Positions 31,141 through 42,658 of a DNA stretch of 64,000 nucleotides are shown in pieces (position 1 is the first letter of the stretch; every line of letters starts with the position of its first letter). The position numbers were made by a program, and so were the translations under genes. The stretch comes from an uncultured Candidatus Rokubacteria bacterium. GTDB lineage: Bacteria; Methylomirabilota; Methylomirabilia; Rokubacteriales; CSP1-6. Location: positions 22,771-86,770 of the forward strand of contig CAVVEU010000003.1 of the NCBI GenBank assembly GCA_963747235.1, in the 5' to 3' direction. The notes beneath the pieces were generated by a model. That model made no database searches and was not told the origin of the DNA. It saw only the letters and a program-made list of their open reading frames with translations.

Positions 31141-32078
31141 CCATCCACCGTCTGGAGGAGCTGTCCACGCCGCAGCTCGACGCGCTCGACCGGGCGCGCA
31201 CCGTGGTGATCCTCACGGTGAGCCCGCTCGAGACGCACGGCCCCCACCTGCCCGCTCGGCGTGGACGCCTTCACCGCGCGCCACTTCAGCGAGTCCATCG
31301 CGGAGCGGCTGGTGGCGTCGCGGCCGGGCTGGTCGGTGGTGCTGGCCCCCACGCTCCACCTGGGCTCCTTCACCTTCGACTCGGTGGGCACCGTGCCCAT
31401 CCGCCAGCGCGTGGTCCGCGACGCGGTGGTGGACTACGGCTCGGCCCTGGGCCGGGCCGGCTTCCGCCACGTCCTCGTGTCCAATGGCCACGGGGGCCCG
31501 GGCCATCTGGTCGCGCTGGAGGAGGCGGCCGCCATCGTCTCCCGTCGCCACGGCATCACGATGGCCTCCTTCACCGGGCACCTCGCCTGGGAGTTCCTGC
31601 GCGGACGCCTCCTGCCCCGGATCGAGGCCGGCCTCGGGCGTCCCCTGACCGAATCGGAGCGGGCGGCTTTTTCCGAAGACGCGCACGGCGGGTGGTGGGA
31701 GACTTCGATCATGCTCGTCCTGCGGCCCGACCTGGTGGACGAAGGCTACCGGCGACCTGCCCGCCGCGCGCTACTCCTTCATGGAGCGGCTTCGCCCGAA
31801 CTATGCGGTGCGCGGCGGCGGCCCGGGCTACGTCGGGCATCCCGCGATGGCCGACCCGGCCTTCGCGCGGGTGACGAGCCAGGTGCTGATGGACGAGGCG
31901 ATGGCGGTGGTGGACGGGCTCCTGGACGGCCGCCTCCGGCCCGTCCGACCGGCGCTCGCCGTTCTTCGCGATCCCGTTCTTCCGCACGAACTTCCGTCCG
32001 ATCGCAGTGTCGGCCACGGCCCTGCTCGCCGCGCTCGCGGCGTGGCGGCTTCTCGGCCGACAAAGGAGAGCACCATGA
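31137..32078 (+). CDS. Creatininase family amidohydrolase (frameshifted)
   Basis: LETHGPHLP...VD, SNGHGG, DAHGGWWETS, GYVGHP; C-terminal hydrophobic tail. Confidence 0.85.
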
Positions 32079-32323
32079 AAGCCTACGTCCTCATCGAGAC
32101 CGCCGCCGGCAAGACCAAGAACGTGAAGAAGGCCCTCGCCAAGATCAAGAGCCCGCGCGCCACCGTCGCGGCGATGGACGCGGTCACCGGGCCCTACGAC
32201 TTCATCGCGGTGGTGGACGGCCAGACCCTCGACGCCATCGGCAGCCTCGTCACCGACTCCATCGGCATCATCGACGGCGTCACCCGGACCACGACCTGCG
32301 TCGCGGTCACGGTCGGCGGCTAG
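32075..32323 (+). CDS. Lrp/AsnC ligand-binding-domain-only protein
   Basis: MKAYVLIET, VTGPYDFIA, IDGVTRTTTC; AAGGAG RBS. Confidence 0.88.
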   Translation: MKAYVLIETAAGKTKNVKKALAKIKSPRATVAAMDAVTGPYDFIAVVDGQTLDAIGSLVTDSIGIIDGVTRTTTCVAVTVGG

Positions 32324-32336
32324 GGCGCGCTCGCGC

Positions 32337-33332
32337 ATGAGCCCCGGCCACAACACGAGCCAGGTCGTCGCGTGCGCGGCCTACGCGGAGGGGCGCCGCG
32401 TGGCGGACGTCGCGCTCGAGGACATCAGCGAGGTCCTCAAGCAGGACGACCGCTTCGTCTGGATCGGCCTCTACGAGCCCGACGAGTCCCTCCTGAAGGA
32501 AGTGCAGGCCGAGTTCGGGCTGCACGACCTGGCCATCGAGGACGCCCACCTGGCCCACCAGCGGCCCAAGCTGGAGCGCTACGGCGACTCGCTCTTCATC
32601 GCGCTGCGCACCGCGCAGCCGGATCGGGAGCAGGGGCGGATCGCCTTCGGCGAGACCCACCTCTTCGTGGGCGCCCGCTACGTGGTCTCGGTCCGCCACG
32701 GGGCCTCCCTCTCCTACGCGGACGTGCGCGCGCGCTGCGAGGGGCAGCCGCAGCTCCTCGCCAAGGGGCCCGCCTTCGTGCTCCACGCGATCATGGACTT
32801 CGTGGTGGACCAGTACTTCCCGATCGTGGACGGGCTCGAGGACGGCCTGGAAGCGCTCGAGGACGAGATCTTCAACGAGCGCATCAGCCGCGACACCACC
32901 ATGCGGATCTACACCCTCAAGCGCGACCTGCTCGAGATCAAGCGCGGCGTGTCCCCGCTCGTCGACATCTGCAACCGCCTGATGCGGACGGATCTCGACC
33001 TGATCCCCGACGACGCGCGCCCCTACTTCCGCGACGTCTACGACCACGCGCTGCGGATCAACGAGAAGGTGGACGGCCTCCGCGAGCTGCTCGGGACCGC
33101 GCTCGAAGCCAATCTATCCCTGACCACCATTGCGCAGAATGAAGCCACGAAGCGCATCACCGCCTGGGCCGCCATGTTCGCGGTTCCCACCATGATCGCG
33201 GGGATCTACGGGATGAACTTCGAGGTCATGCCCGAGCTGCGGTGGCGCTGGGGCTACCCCATGGTGATGGCGGTGACGGTGACGCTCTGCGGGATCCTGT
33301 ACTACCGCTTCAAGCGCTCCGGCTGGCTCTGA
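32337..33332 (+). CDS. corA: Magnesium/cobalt transporter CorA
   Basis: HQRPKLE, YFRDVYDH, GIYGMNF. Confidence 0.95.
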   Translation: MSPGHNTSQVVACAAYAEGRRVADVALEDISEVLKQDDRFVWIGLYEPDESLLKEVQAEFGLHDLAIEDAHLAHQRPKLERYGDSLFIALRTAQPDREQGRIAFGETHLFVGARYVVSVRHGASLSYADVRARCEGQPQLLAKGPAFVLHAIMDFVVDQYFPIVDGLEDGLEALEDEIFNERISRDTTMRIYTLKRDLLEIKRGVSPLVDICNRLMRTDLDLIPDDARPYFRDVYDHALRINEKVDGLRELLGTALEANLSLTTIAQNEATKRITAWAAMFAVPTMIAGIYGMNFEVMPELRWRWGYPMVMAVTVTLCGILYYRFKRSGWL

Positions 33333-33348
33333 TAGAATCACCGCCGTC

Positions 33349-34318
33349 ATGCGCGTGCTCGTCATGGGCGGCACCGAGTTCATCAGCCTGCACCTGCTCC
33401 GGGCGCTCCAGCAGCGGGGCCACGAGGTCACCGTCTTCAACCGCGGCCGCCACCCGGACCGGCTGCCCGCCGGCGTGGCCGCGATCACCGGCGACCGCAA
33501 GGACCACGCGGGGCTACGCGAGCGGCTCGGCGGCACCCGGTGGGACGGCGTCTACGACGTCACCTACGCGCCGACCCTGCCGGAGGACGTGACCGCGCTG
33601 CTGGATGCCCTCCCGGGCTCCCCGCACGTCTTCTTCGTGTCCACGTGCCGCGTCTACGACCACGCCCTCCCCGTCCCCTACTCCGAGGAGACCGCGCGGA
33701 GCTTCTACTGGGGCGACTACGCCCGGCACAAGATCGGCGGGGAGGACGTGCTCCTCGAGCGCTACCGGGAGCGCGGGCTGCCCGTGACCATCGTCCGCCC
33801 CACCCACGTCATGGGCCCGCTGAACACGCGCAACAACGAAACGTTCTTCATGGACCGGATCAGTCGCGGACGTCCGGTGCTGGTGCCGGGCCACGGCGGC
33901 TGGCTCCGCCAGTTCGGCCACGTGGAGGATCTGGCCGAGGTGATGGCCGCGCTCCTGGGCGACGCCCGGGCCTACGGGCAGGCCTACAACGTGATGGGCG
34001 AGGACGTGGTGAGCCAGGTGGGCTTCGTCGAGCTGATCGCCGAGGTGATCGGCCGGCCGGTCACGCTGCGGCACTTCGACGCGGCGCTGCTCAAGAGCTT
34101 CGACAAGCCGGGTCCCGTCTTCGGCCAGAACCTGGTCTACGACTGCCACGCCGTTCACACCACCACGAAGCTGCGCAACGACGCTGGGCCTCCGCCCCCG
34201 CTACACGCTCCACGCGGGACTCGCCCAGACCTGGGAGTGGTATCGCGCCCAGGGCCCGGCCGACCGGCCCGTGGACTTCTCGTTCGAAGACCGGCTGCTC
34301 GCCAAGATCGGCGCGTGA
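33349..34318 (+). CDS. NAD-dependent epimerase/dehydratase (extended SDR; frameshift near 34185)
   Basis: VMGGTEFI, FNRG, YARHK, VRPTHVMGP. Confidence 0.82.
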
Positions 34319-35260
34319 CCCGCGGGATTCTCGTGTACTACCCGGACGCGGCGGAAGCCCGCGCCTACGCGGACCTCATCCGCCTGCCGTCGCGCGCCTT
34401 CCGCGTGCACGTGGCCTCCACCCCGGACGAGGCCGCCGGACCGGGCGCCGACGCGGAGATCTTCTACTGCTGGGGCCCGCCGCGCCCGCTACTCGCCGGC
34501 GCGAAGGGACTCCGCTGGATCCAGTGCATGGGCGCCGGCGTCGAGCGCCTGCTCGTGCCCGAGCTGCCCGACGGCGTTCGCGTGACCCGCGCCGCGGGCA
34601 TCTTCGGCCCGTGGATGGCCGAGTACACGCTCGGCTGGTGCCTCTGGGTCACGCAGCGCATGGGCGGCTTCCGGGCGAGCCAGCGGCAGCGGCGGTGGGC
34701 GCCGGTGGATCCCGTGCCGCTGCGCGGCCAGACCCTCTGCGTCGTCGGGCTCGGCGATATCGGCCGGACCATCGCGAAGCTGGCCCGCGGCCTCGGCATG
34801 CAGGTGATCGGCGTCACCCGGAGCGGCCGCGCCGCGCGCGACGCCGCGCGCGTCTACCGGACCAAGGCCCTCCGCACCGCGCTCGCCCGCGCGGATTTCG
34901 TGGTCCTGACGCTGCCGCTGAGCGAGGAGACCCGCGGGCTCCTGGGGGCGGCCGAGCTGGCCGCGATGAAGCCCACCGCCTGGCTGCTCAACCTGGCGCG
35001 CGGGCCGATCGTGGACGAGGCCGCGCTGCTGGCCGCGCTGCGCGGGCGTCGCATCGGCGGGGCGGTGCTCGACGTCTTCAACGTGGAGCCGCTCCCCGCC
35101 GACCATCCGCTCTGGGGATTCGACAACGTGGTGGTCACGCCGCACATCTCGGGCCCCAGCACGCCCGCGGGAGATCGGCCCCATCTTCAACGACAACCTC
35201 CGCCGCTACGCCGCCAACCGCCCGCTCCGCCACACCGTCGACCGTACCCTCGGCTATTAA
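34315..35260 (+). CDS. D-2-hydroxyacid dehydrogenase (frameshift near 35170)
   Basis: GAGVE, GLGDIG, NLARG, LDVFNVEPL, TPHISG. Confidence 0.9.
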
Positions 35261-35278
35261 GAGCCGTCCCTCCTCATT

Positions 35279-35314
35279 CCCCTCTCCCCTCAGGGGAGAG
35301 GGCAGGGTGAGGGG
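35279..35314. repeat. Same palindromic repeat, copy 3
   Basis: CCCCTCTCCCCTCAGGGGAGAGGGCAGGGTGAGGGG. Confidence 0.82.
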
Positions 35315-35319
35315 TGGTC

Positions 35320-36355
35320 TCAGAGAGGGCGCGGGTGCTCGATCCCCACCCGCACCACTTCCCCCCGCCCAAGCCACCGCGCCAGCGGCAGCGTCAGCTC
35401 CAGCAAGAGCTTCAGCGCGCCGTACACGGGCCGCCACTCGGCACAGCCCGCGCCAGCCCACCGAGCCGTCGGTCGCGCAGCCAGAACCCCAGGCTCCAGA
35501 GGTAGTAGCGCGGCTTCGCCTGGTGCCAGGTCCAGACGACGCGCCCCCCGGCCTGCGCGACGGCCGCGCCCAGCGTCTCGGGCGTGAAGTGCGAGAGATG
35601 CCGCGGCAGCTCGAGCCCCGACCACGCCCGCCCGAAGAGGCGCGCGCCGAGGCCGCCCGCATTGGGCACCTCGACGATGAGCAGGCCCGCCGGGAGCGAG
35701 CCAGCCGAGCATGCGGCGGACCGCCGCGACCGGATCCGGCACGTGCTCGAGCACGTGAAAGGCCGTCACGCAGTCGAACTCGCCCGGAGCGAACGGCGCC
35801 CCGAGCAGATCCCCCGCGTGCACGCGCGGGCTGAAGCGCCGCGCCTTCTTCGCCGCGGCCTCGTCCACCTCGACCCCCGCCACCTGCCAGCCGAGCGCCT
35901 GCGCGACGCCCAGCGCGCCGCCCGAGCCGCAGCCCACGTCGAGGTAGCGGCCCTGCCCACGCCACGGCGGGCAGTCCCACTTGATACGCCGGAACAGGAG
36001 CGCGGCGCGCAGCGCGCGTGCTGCAGCCCATCGCCGACCTCCCGCGAGCGACGCGTAGCCGAGCCGCGAGCGCGAGCGCCCAGCGAACGGCGCGCACCCG
36101 CGCGGGCGAGCCCTTGAACGGGACGCGGGGCGACGGCTCCTGGTGCCGCGGGTAGTGATCGGGATAGCAGGCGGCCAGGTGCTCGTCCCGCACCCGCGGC
36201 CGCTGGTAGAGGAAGCCGCAGCTCCGGCAGCGCGCGACCGTGTAGATGCCGGGCACCGCGAAGGCGCGATCGGACGTGGTCCAGAGCGGGTCGGCATCGG
36301 GCGCGCCGCAGAGAAAGCAGGGGGCGTCGACGGTGGGGAGTGACACCGCGGTCAC
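35320..36355 (-). CDS. Class I SAM methyltransferase with N-terminal CxxC...CxxC (multiple frameshifts)
   Basis: CFLCG...RCRSCG, YLDVGCGSG, FHVLEHVPDP, VPNAGG...ELPRHLSHF. Confidence 0.8.
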
Positions 36356-36389
36356 CCCTCACCCGGCCCTCTCCCCTGAGGGGAGAGGG
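36355..36389. repeat. Same palindromic repeat, copy 4
   Basis: CCCCTCACCCGGCCCTCTCCCCTGAGGGGAGAGGG. Confidence 0.82.
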
Positions 36390-36404
36390 TGAGAGGCCGC
36401 GGCA

Positions 36405-38163
36405 TTACTTCTTCGAGAGCAGCCAGTGCCCGACCGCCAGGTGCGGCAGGCCGGAGCGCTCGAAGGTGTCCACCGCGTCGGCGGCGCCGCCGACGATGGG
36501 CTCGCCGTGCAGGTTGAACGAGGTGTTCAGCACCGCGCCCACGCCGGTCCGCCGCTCGAACTCACGGATCACCGCGTGGTATTCCGGGTTCCACTCGCGC
36601 TCCAGGATCTGCGGCCGCGCGGTGGCGTCCTGGGGATGGAGCGCGGCGGTGAGGGCGTCGCGCGCCTCCGGGCGCGTCGGCATCGCCAGCATCATGTAGG
36701 GCGAGGCGAAGCCCTTCGGATTGACCAGGTAGTCCCCCGCCCGCTCGGCCAGCACGGTCGGGGCGAACGGCATCCAGAAGTCGCGGTTCTTGATCATGCG
36801 GTTGATGAGCCCGACCACCCGGTGGTCCGAGGGATTGGCGAGGATGGAGCGGTTGCCGAGCGCGCGTGCCCCGAACTCCGCCCGCCCCGCGCAGCGGGCG
36901 ACGACGCCGTCCGAGACCAGGAGCTCCGCGATGCGCTCCTCGATGCGGTCGTGGAAGGCGACCTTGTACTGCCCCTCGAGGCGCCGCTCGCGGATGACCG
37001 CCTCCGCCTCCTCGTCGGTCACCGACGGGCCCAGGTAGGCCGCCCCGAACGGCTGGGGCGCGGCGGCCAGGCCGCGCCGCGCGCACTCCTGCACGTACCC
37101 GAGATAGGCCGCGCCCACCGCGTTCGACTCGTCGCCGCAGGACGGGAAGGCGAAGAGCTCCTCCACCCAGTCCTCCTGGCCGAGCAGCATGTTGGCCTTC
37201 ACGTTCATGAAGACGCCGCCGCCCAGCGCGAGCCGCCCGCCGCCGTAGCGCTGGCGCATGAGGCGGCTCCAGCGCAGCAGCACGTCCTCGAGCAGGCGCT
37301 GGGCCCCGCCCGCCACCCAGTCGAAGCGCAGGCCGACCATGGCGCGCAGCAGGAGCTGATAGCGCTCACCCTGGGCGCGCCAGCGGAAGCGCGCGGGCCG
37401 GCCTTCCTCGAGATCGAAGACCTCGCGCAGGGCCGCCTCCGCGCGCGCCGCGTACTTCTCCGGCGCGTACGGGGCCATGCCCATCACCTTGTACTCGTGC
37501 TCGCCGAACTTCATCCCCATCGCCAGCGTCACGAAGGAGTAGAAGGCGCCCACCGAGCCCGGCGCGCTCGGCGTGGCCTCGTGCCGCTCGAGCCCCAGGC
37601 CCCGGCCGGTGGAGGCCGTCGCGCAGAGCCCGTCTCCGGAGTTGTCGTTGGTGAGGACGAGCGCGTCGCGCCCCGCGAAGCCCGAGCCCCAGTAGGCGGC
37701 GGCCGCGTGGCAGGTGTGATGGTCGAGGCACACGATGCGATCCGTCGCGAGCCCCAGGTGCTCGGTGACGAAGCCGAGCCGCTCGCGCTGCGAGATGCCG
37801 AACTTGCCGCGGGAGGCGTCGATGAGCCCGAACTTGGCGCCCCACTTCCGCACCTTCTTCTCGAAGGTGCGCCGCGCGGGACGGCCAGGAGACGCCGTAG
37901 TACTCCTTGACGTAGTCCTCGTCGTGCAGCACGCGGTTGAGCCACTCCCGCGAGGCCGCGCGCGCGCCCGCCAGGGCCACCACGTCGATCTCGCTGGGGG
38001 TGATCCCGAGCTCATGCAGGAGGGCGTCGATCGCGCGGCGCGGGTAGCCCGCGTCGTTCTTGAGCCGGCTGAAGCGCTCCTCGGAGGCGCAGCCGATGAC
38101 CCGCCCGTCCCGGAGAACGGCCGCGGTCGCGCAATGAGTTTCGTTGATGCCGAGGACGATCAT
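36405..38163 (-). CDS. Carbamoyltransferase (NodU/CmcH/TobZ family; frameshift near 37880)
   Basis: SEERFSRLKN, DHHTCHAAAAY, EYKVMGMAPY, GGVFMNVKAN, EFGARALGNRSILA, LNTSFNLHGEP. Confidence 0.92.
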
Positions 38164-38190
38164 GTCCCCGGTAGTATACCGCCCAGTCCG

Positions 38191-39530
38191 CTAGGCCCCC
38201 ACGGACTCCACGAGCCAGCGCGCGGTGCGCAGGAGGCGCCCGTCGCCGTGGCGCGGCCCGACGAGCTGCACGCCCAGCGGCAGGCCGTTGGCGCCCTGCA
38301 GCAGCGGCAGGCTCACCGAGGGCAGGCCCAGCATCGTCCACAGCGTGCAGAAGGTCGGCTCCCCGGTGGACTCGAGGCCCGCCGGCGCCGTCCCGTGCGC
38401 CGCCGGCGTCAGGATCGCGTCGTAGCGCTGCTCGAACAGCTCGGTGAACGTGGCCAGGAGCGGCCCCGCCGCGGCCCGCGCGGCCAGGTACTCGGGGGCC
38501 CGCACCGCGTGCCCGGCCTCGATGCGCGCGCGCAGCGGCGCCGACAGCCGATCGCGGCCCGTCTCCCATTCGCGCCGCAGGTTGACCGCCACCTCCGAGT
38601 CCATGATCACGCGCGTGCCACTCGGCCAGCTCGTCGGCGCTCGCGCTCAGCTCGAACTCCTCCACGCGCCCGCCCAGATGCTCGACCACTTCGCCGAGCG
38701 CCGCCTGCGCGTCCTCGGCGATGCGATCCCACCGCCCGGACCGGAAGAACCCGAAGCGCGGCTCGATCGGCGGCTCCTCCATCGCGACCGCGCGGTAGGG
38801 TCCCCGACCCCGAGGATGCGTGTCGGGATCGCGCTCGTCGTAGCCCGCGACCTCCTCCAGCAGCAGCGCCAGATCCTCGATCGTCCGCCCGAAGAGCCCG
38901 ACGTGGTCGAGGCTCCGCGAGAGCTGGAACATGCCGTGCCGCGACACCAGCCCGTGAGTGGGCTTGAGCGCGTAGACCCCGCAGTAGGATCCGGGCCGGA
39001 TGGTGGACCCGCCGGTCTGGCTCCCGAGCGAGAGCGGCACCATCCCCGCGGCCACCGCCGCGGCCGACCCGCTCGACGACCCCCCCGGCGTATGGTCCGG
39101 GTTGTGCGGGTTCCGCGTCTTGCCCGCCGTCCGCGTCGCGAACTCGGTGGTGACCGTCTTGCCCATGATCACCGCCCCGGCCGCCCGCAGCCGCTCCACC
39201 ACCGCCGCATCCCGCGAGGGCGTCCGCCCCGCGTGCAACACCGACCCGTTCTCGGTCGGCATATCCCCGGTATCGATGATGTCCTTCAACCCCACCGGCA
39301 CCCCATGCAACCCCCCCGTCGGCCGTCCCGACAACCTCCACTCATCCGCAGCCTTGGCCTGCGCCAGCGCATACTCCGTATCGAGATAAATCCACGCCTC
39401 CACCCGGGGCTCCGTCTCCCGGATCCGCCCCAGACAGCTCTCCACCAGCTCAACCGAGCTGACGCCGCCCCGCCCGCATCAACCCCGTCGCCTCCGCCGC
39501 CGTCAGCTCCCAGAGCTCCCGATCTCCCAT
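38191..39530 (-). CDS. Amidase signature family protein (frameshifts near 38610 and 39470)
   Basis: LHGVPVGLKD, GKTVTTEFA, TPGGSSSGSAAAV, GSQTGGSTIRP, GLPLGVQL; TATACT 8 nt before the ATG. Confidence 0.9.
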
Positions 39531-39649
39531 AGCGCCGCAGTATACGGTCAACCCCGGAGAAGAAGAACGGGAGAAGCCGAAGCGCTTCTACATACCGACG
39601 CGACGGCAACAACACAGGAAAGATCGGACTAGCGACGCCGTAGAGGAGA

Positions 39650-39815
39650 GGCTGGCGGGGGCCGGGGGTGGGGTGATTGGGAGGCAATCTGACCCGTTCC
39701 CTCCGGGGCTGCGCTACGCCTCACCTACCCCGATTGGGAACTCCCCGGCCAAGCTACCGAGACAGCGTGTCGTGGTCAGATGCCCCCAACACCCCACCCC
39801 CGGCCCCCGCCAGCC
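39650..39815. repeat. 166-bp element with long terminal inverted repeats (REPIN/MITE-like)
   Basis: GGCTGGCGGGGGCCGGGGGTGGGGTG (26 bp) matches the reverse complement of 39790-39815 exactly, extending imperfectly to about 45 bp. Confidence 0.82.
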
Positions 39816-39837
39816 GGGCCACCACGGAAACGCCAGA

Positions 39838-41875
39838 CTAGTTGCCGTACAAGAAGTTAGGCAGCCAGAGCGTCATGCCAGGCCAGATGTACATGCACGC
39901 CAGGCAGACGAGCACGATCAGCATGTACGGCATCATCCCCGCGAAGATCTGGTTGAGCGTGACGTGCTTCGGCGCCACCCCCTTGAGATAGAACGCGGAC
40001 ATCGCCACCGGCGGGGACAGGAACGCGGCCTGCAGGTTCACCGCGACCATGGTCCCGAACAGGATCGGGTCGACGTCGAAGTGGCTCAGCAGCGGGATGA
40101 AGATCGGGCAGAAGATCACGATGATCTCGGTCCACTCGAGGGGCCAGCCGAGCAGGAAGATCAGGAGCTGGGCGACGAACAGGAATCCGAGCGGCGAGAG
40201 GTTCATGCCGAGCACCCACCGCTCGATCAGGGACTGGCCGCCGTGCAGCGCGAATACCGCCGAGAAGAGCGCGGAGCCGACGAAGAGCCAGCAGACCATC
40301 GCGGTGGTCTTGGCGGTCAGGAACGTCGACTGCTTGAGGTTCTCGCGCAGCTCCTTCGAGTCGCGCAGGTGCAGGAGCCCCGGCGCCACCGTCCCGAGGA
40401 AGGTGCCCGCGATCGAGGCCGCCACCAGCATGGACATCCAGGGCTCGTTCTCGTACCACCCGAGCGCGAAGCCCATGATCGCGCCCACGAGGCTCCACCA
40501 CAGGACCTCCTTGCGGAACTTGGCCATGACCGCGAGGTAGAGCGCGCCCAGCGCGCCGATCGCGGCCGACTCGGTGGCGGTGCAGATGCCGAACAGGATC
40601 ACCGCGAGCACCACCGCGGTGAGCACGCCCAGCGGCACCACCGAGGCGATCAGCTCCTTCAGGATCTCGAGCTGCTCGCCGTCCATGCGCCAGAAGTAGA
40701 ACAGGAGGATCAGCGCCGAACAGGGCGGCGATCCCTCCGAACCAGACGACGAAGTTCGCGGGCACCTTGCTCACCGCCGGGCCGGTGGGCACCTCCCGCA
40801 CCGACGACATCTCCTCGAGCTTCCCCTCGGTCGCCTGCTCCGTCGACTCCGACTCTCCGCCCGAGCCCAGCTCCTGCGGCTGCTCTTCCTTGGCGCGCGC
40901 CGGCGCCGCCGGCCCAGGCGTCGCGGCCGGCGCCGGCTTCGCGGCCGGGGCCACCGCCACGGTGGGCGGCGCCACGGGGGCCGCCACCGCCACCTCGGGC
41001 GCGTTGTAGACCACCACGTACCACCACGTGGCGCCGAGGGTCCCGGCGGTCAGCAACACCGGCACCGCGATGGCGGCCAGGTTGGCCAGCACCGTGCGGT
41101 AGCCGGCCGTGCGGGCCAGGCTCGGCCGCACCAGCGCGGCCAGCAGCCCGGGCACGATGCGGCGCTGCGGCCCGCGCTCGAGAGCCTGGAGGGCCTCGGG
41201 CACCGCGACGCGATACTCGTCGGGCGAGAGCTTGGGCGCGATCTTCGGATTGATGATCGCCCAGCCCAGGATGTAGATGAGGTAGAGGAACGTCAGGAAG
41301 AAGCCCGGCAGCATCGCGGCCGCGTAGAGCTTGACGATGGACTGGCCGGCCACCGCCGCGTAGACGATCAGCATGACCGACGGCGGGATCAGGATGCCGA
41401 GCGTCCCGCCCGCGGTGATGGCGCCGGCGGCCAGCCGGACGTCGTAGCCGGCCTTCAGCATCGGCCGCAGCGCGATGACGCCCATCAGCACCACCACCGC
41501 CCCCACGATGCCGGAGGCGATGCCCCAGAACGCGCACACCAGCAGCGTGGTCACCGCCAGGGAGGCGGGCACCCGCCGGAACGCGAGCTGCACGCTGTGG
41601 AACATGCGGTCCACGAGCGCGGCCCGTTCCATCACGTAGCCCATGAAGACGAACAGGGGGACCGAGAGCAGCGTGTCGTTCGTCATCACGCCGTAGGTCC
41701 GCTGCGCGATCAGGTCGAACACCCGGTTGTCGTACCAGTGGGCGCCCGGGATCCAGAAGGCGAGGTACCCGAAGACCATGCCGAGGCCCATCAGGGTGAA
41801 GGCGGTCGGGTAGCCCATCATGATCGCGACCACGATCAGGCCCAGCATGATGAGGCCGAAGGACGGGTCGCTCAC
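39838..41875 (-). CDS. dctM: TRAP transporter large permease (frameshift near 40730)
   Basis: VPLFVFMG, GTLGILIPPS, TATESAAIG, FLSPPV. Confidence 0.9.
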
Positions 41876-42577
41876 GGTCGCTTGTCGTCCTCGCGCACCG
41901 CCTGCTCGTGCACCACGCTCTTCCTCCATCACGCTCCGGTGGCGCGCGGCCTCGTCGATGGCCTTCGCGCCCTCCATGGCGGCCCGGCGCGACTCCTCGT
42001 CCACGTACTGGCTGTGGCCGAGCTGGGTGTCGATGACGTCGATCTCCTCGACGTCCTCCAGGCGCGCCGGCCACACCCCGGTGCGGAGGCAGACCAGGCA
42101 GCGGACGATCTCGGCCAGCCCCTGCAGCATGACGAGCACGCCCGCGACCGGGATCACCGTCTTGAAGTGGTAGACCGGCGGCCCCTCCGCGGTGACGGTG
42201 GAGTGCTCGCCGATGCGCCAGGAGTCGAGCGCGAAGCCGCCCCCCGCGTAGATGAGGCCGAGCATGCACGGCATGAAGAACAGCAGGTAGAGCGTGAGGT
42301 CCAGCGCGGCCTGGCCGCGCGGCTTCATGTAGATGTAGATGAAGTCGGCGCGCACGTGGCCCGCCTGGGCCAGGGTGTAGGCCCCGCACATCATGAACAG
42401 GGTGCCGTACAGCATGTTGTTGAAGTCGAAGATCCACGCGGTGGGGGCGTTCAGGATGTAGCGCTTGAACACCTCGATGGATACCACGAAGGTGAGGGCG
42501 ACGATCAGCCAGGCAAACGCCTTGCCCGACCAGTAGCTGATCTGGTCGATGGCGCGGATGAAGCGCTGCGTGCTCAT
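41872..42577 (-). CDS. dctQ: TRAP transporter small permease
   Basis: EVFKRYILNAPT, GAYTL...GHVRAD, HFKTVIP; end inferred from the GTGA overlap. Confidence 0.88.
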
Positions 42578-42595
42578 CGGGAGGGCGGCCCGGAC

Positions 42596-42644
42596 GCGAA
42601 GCAGGCCGGCCACCCGGCGGGAGCCGGTTGACCGACCTGTTCGC
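42596..42644 (-). terminator. Intercistronic hairpin after dctP
   Basis: Imperfect inverted repeat GCGAAGCAGG...CCTGTTCGC between the binding-protein and permease genes. Confidence 0.5.
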
Positions 42645-42658
42645 TGGTCACGAGCCGG

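Noticed and set aside
588-42613. Other long chimeric ORFs (gltA-GT2, epimerase-dehydrogenase, DctQ-DctM, M16-HlyD, crotonase-FabH)
   Set aside because: Each contains out-of-frame Arg/Ala/Pro-rich sequence at the junction and has its own stop/start overlap in another frame.
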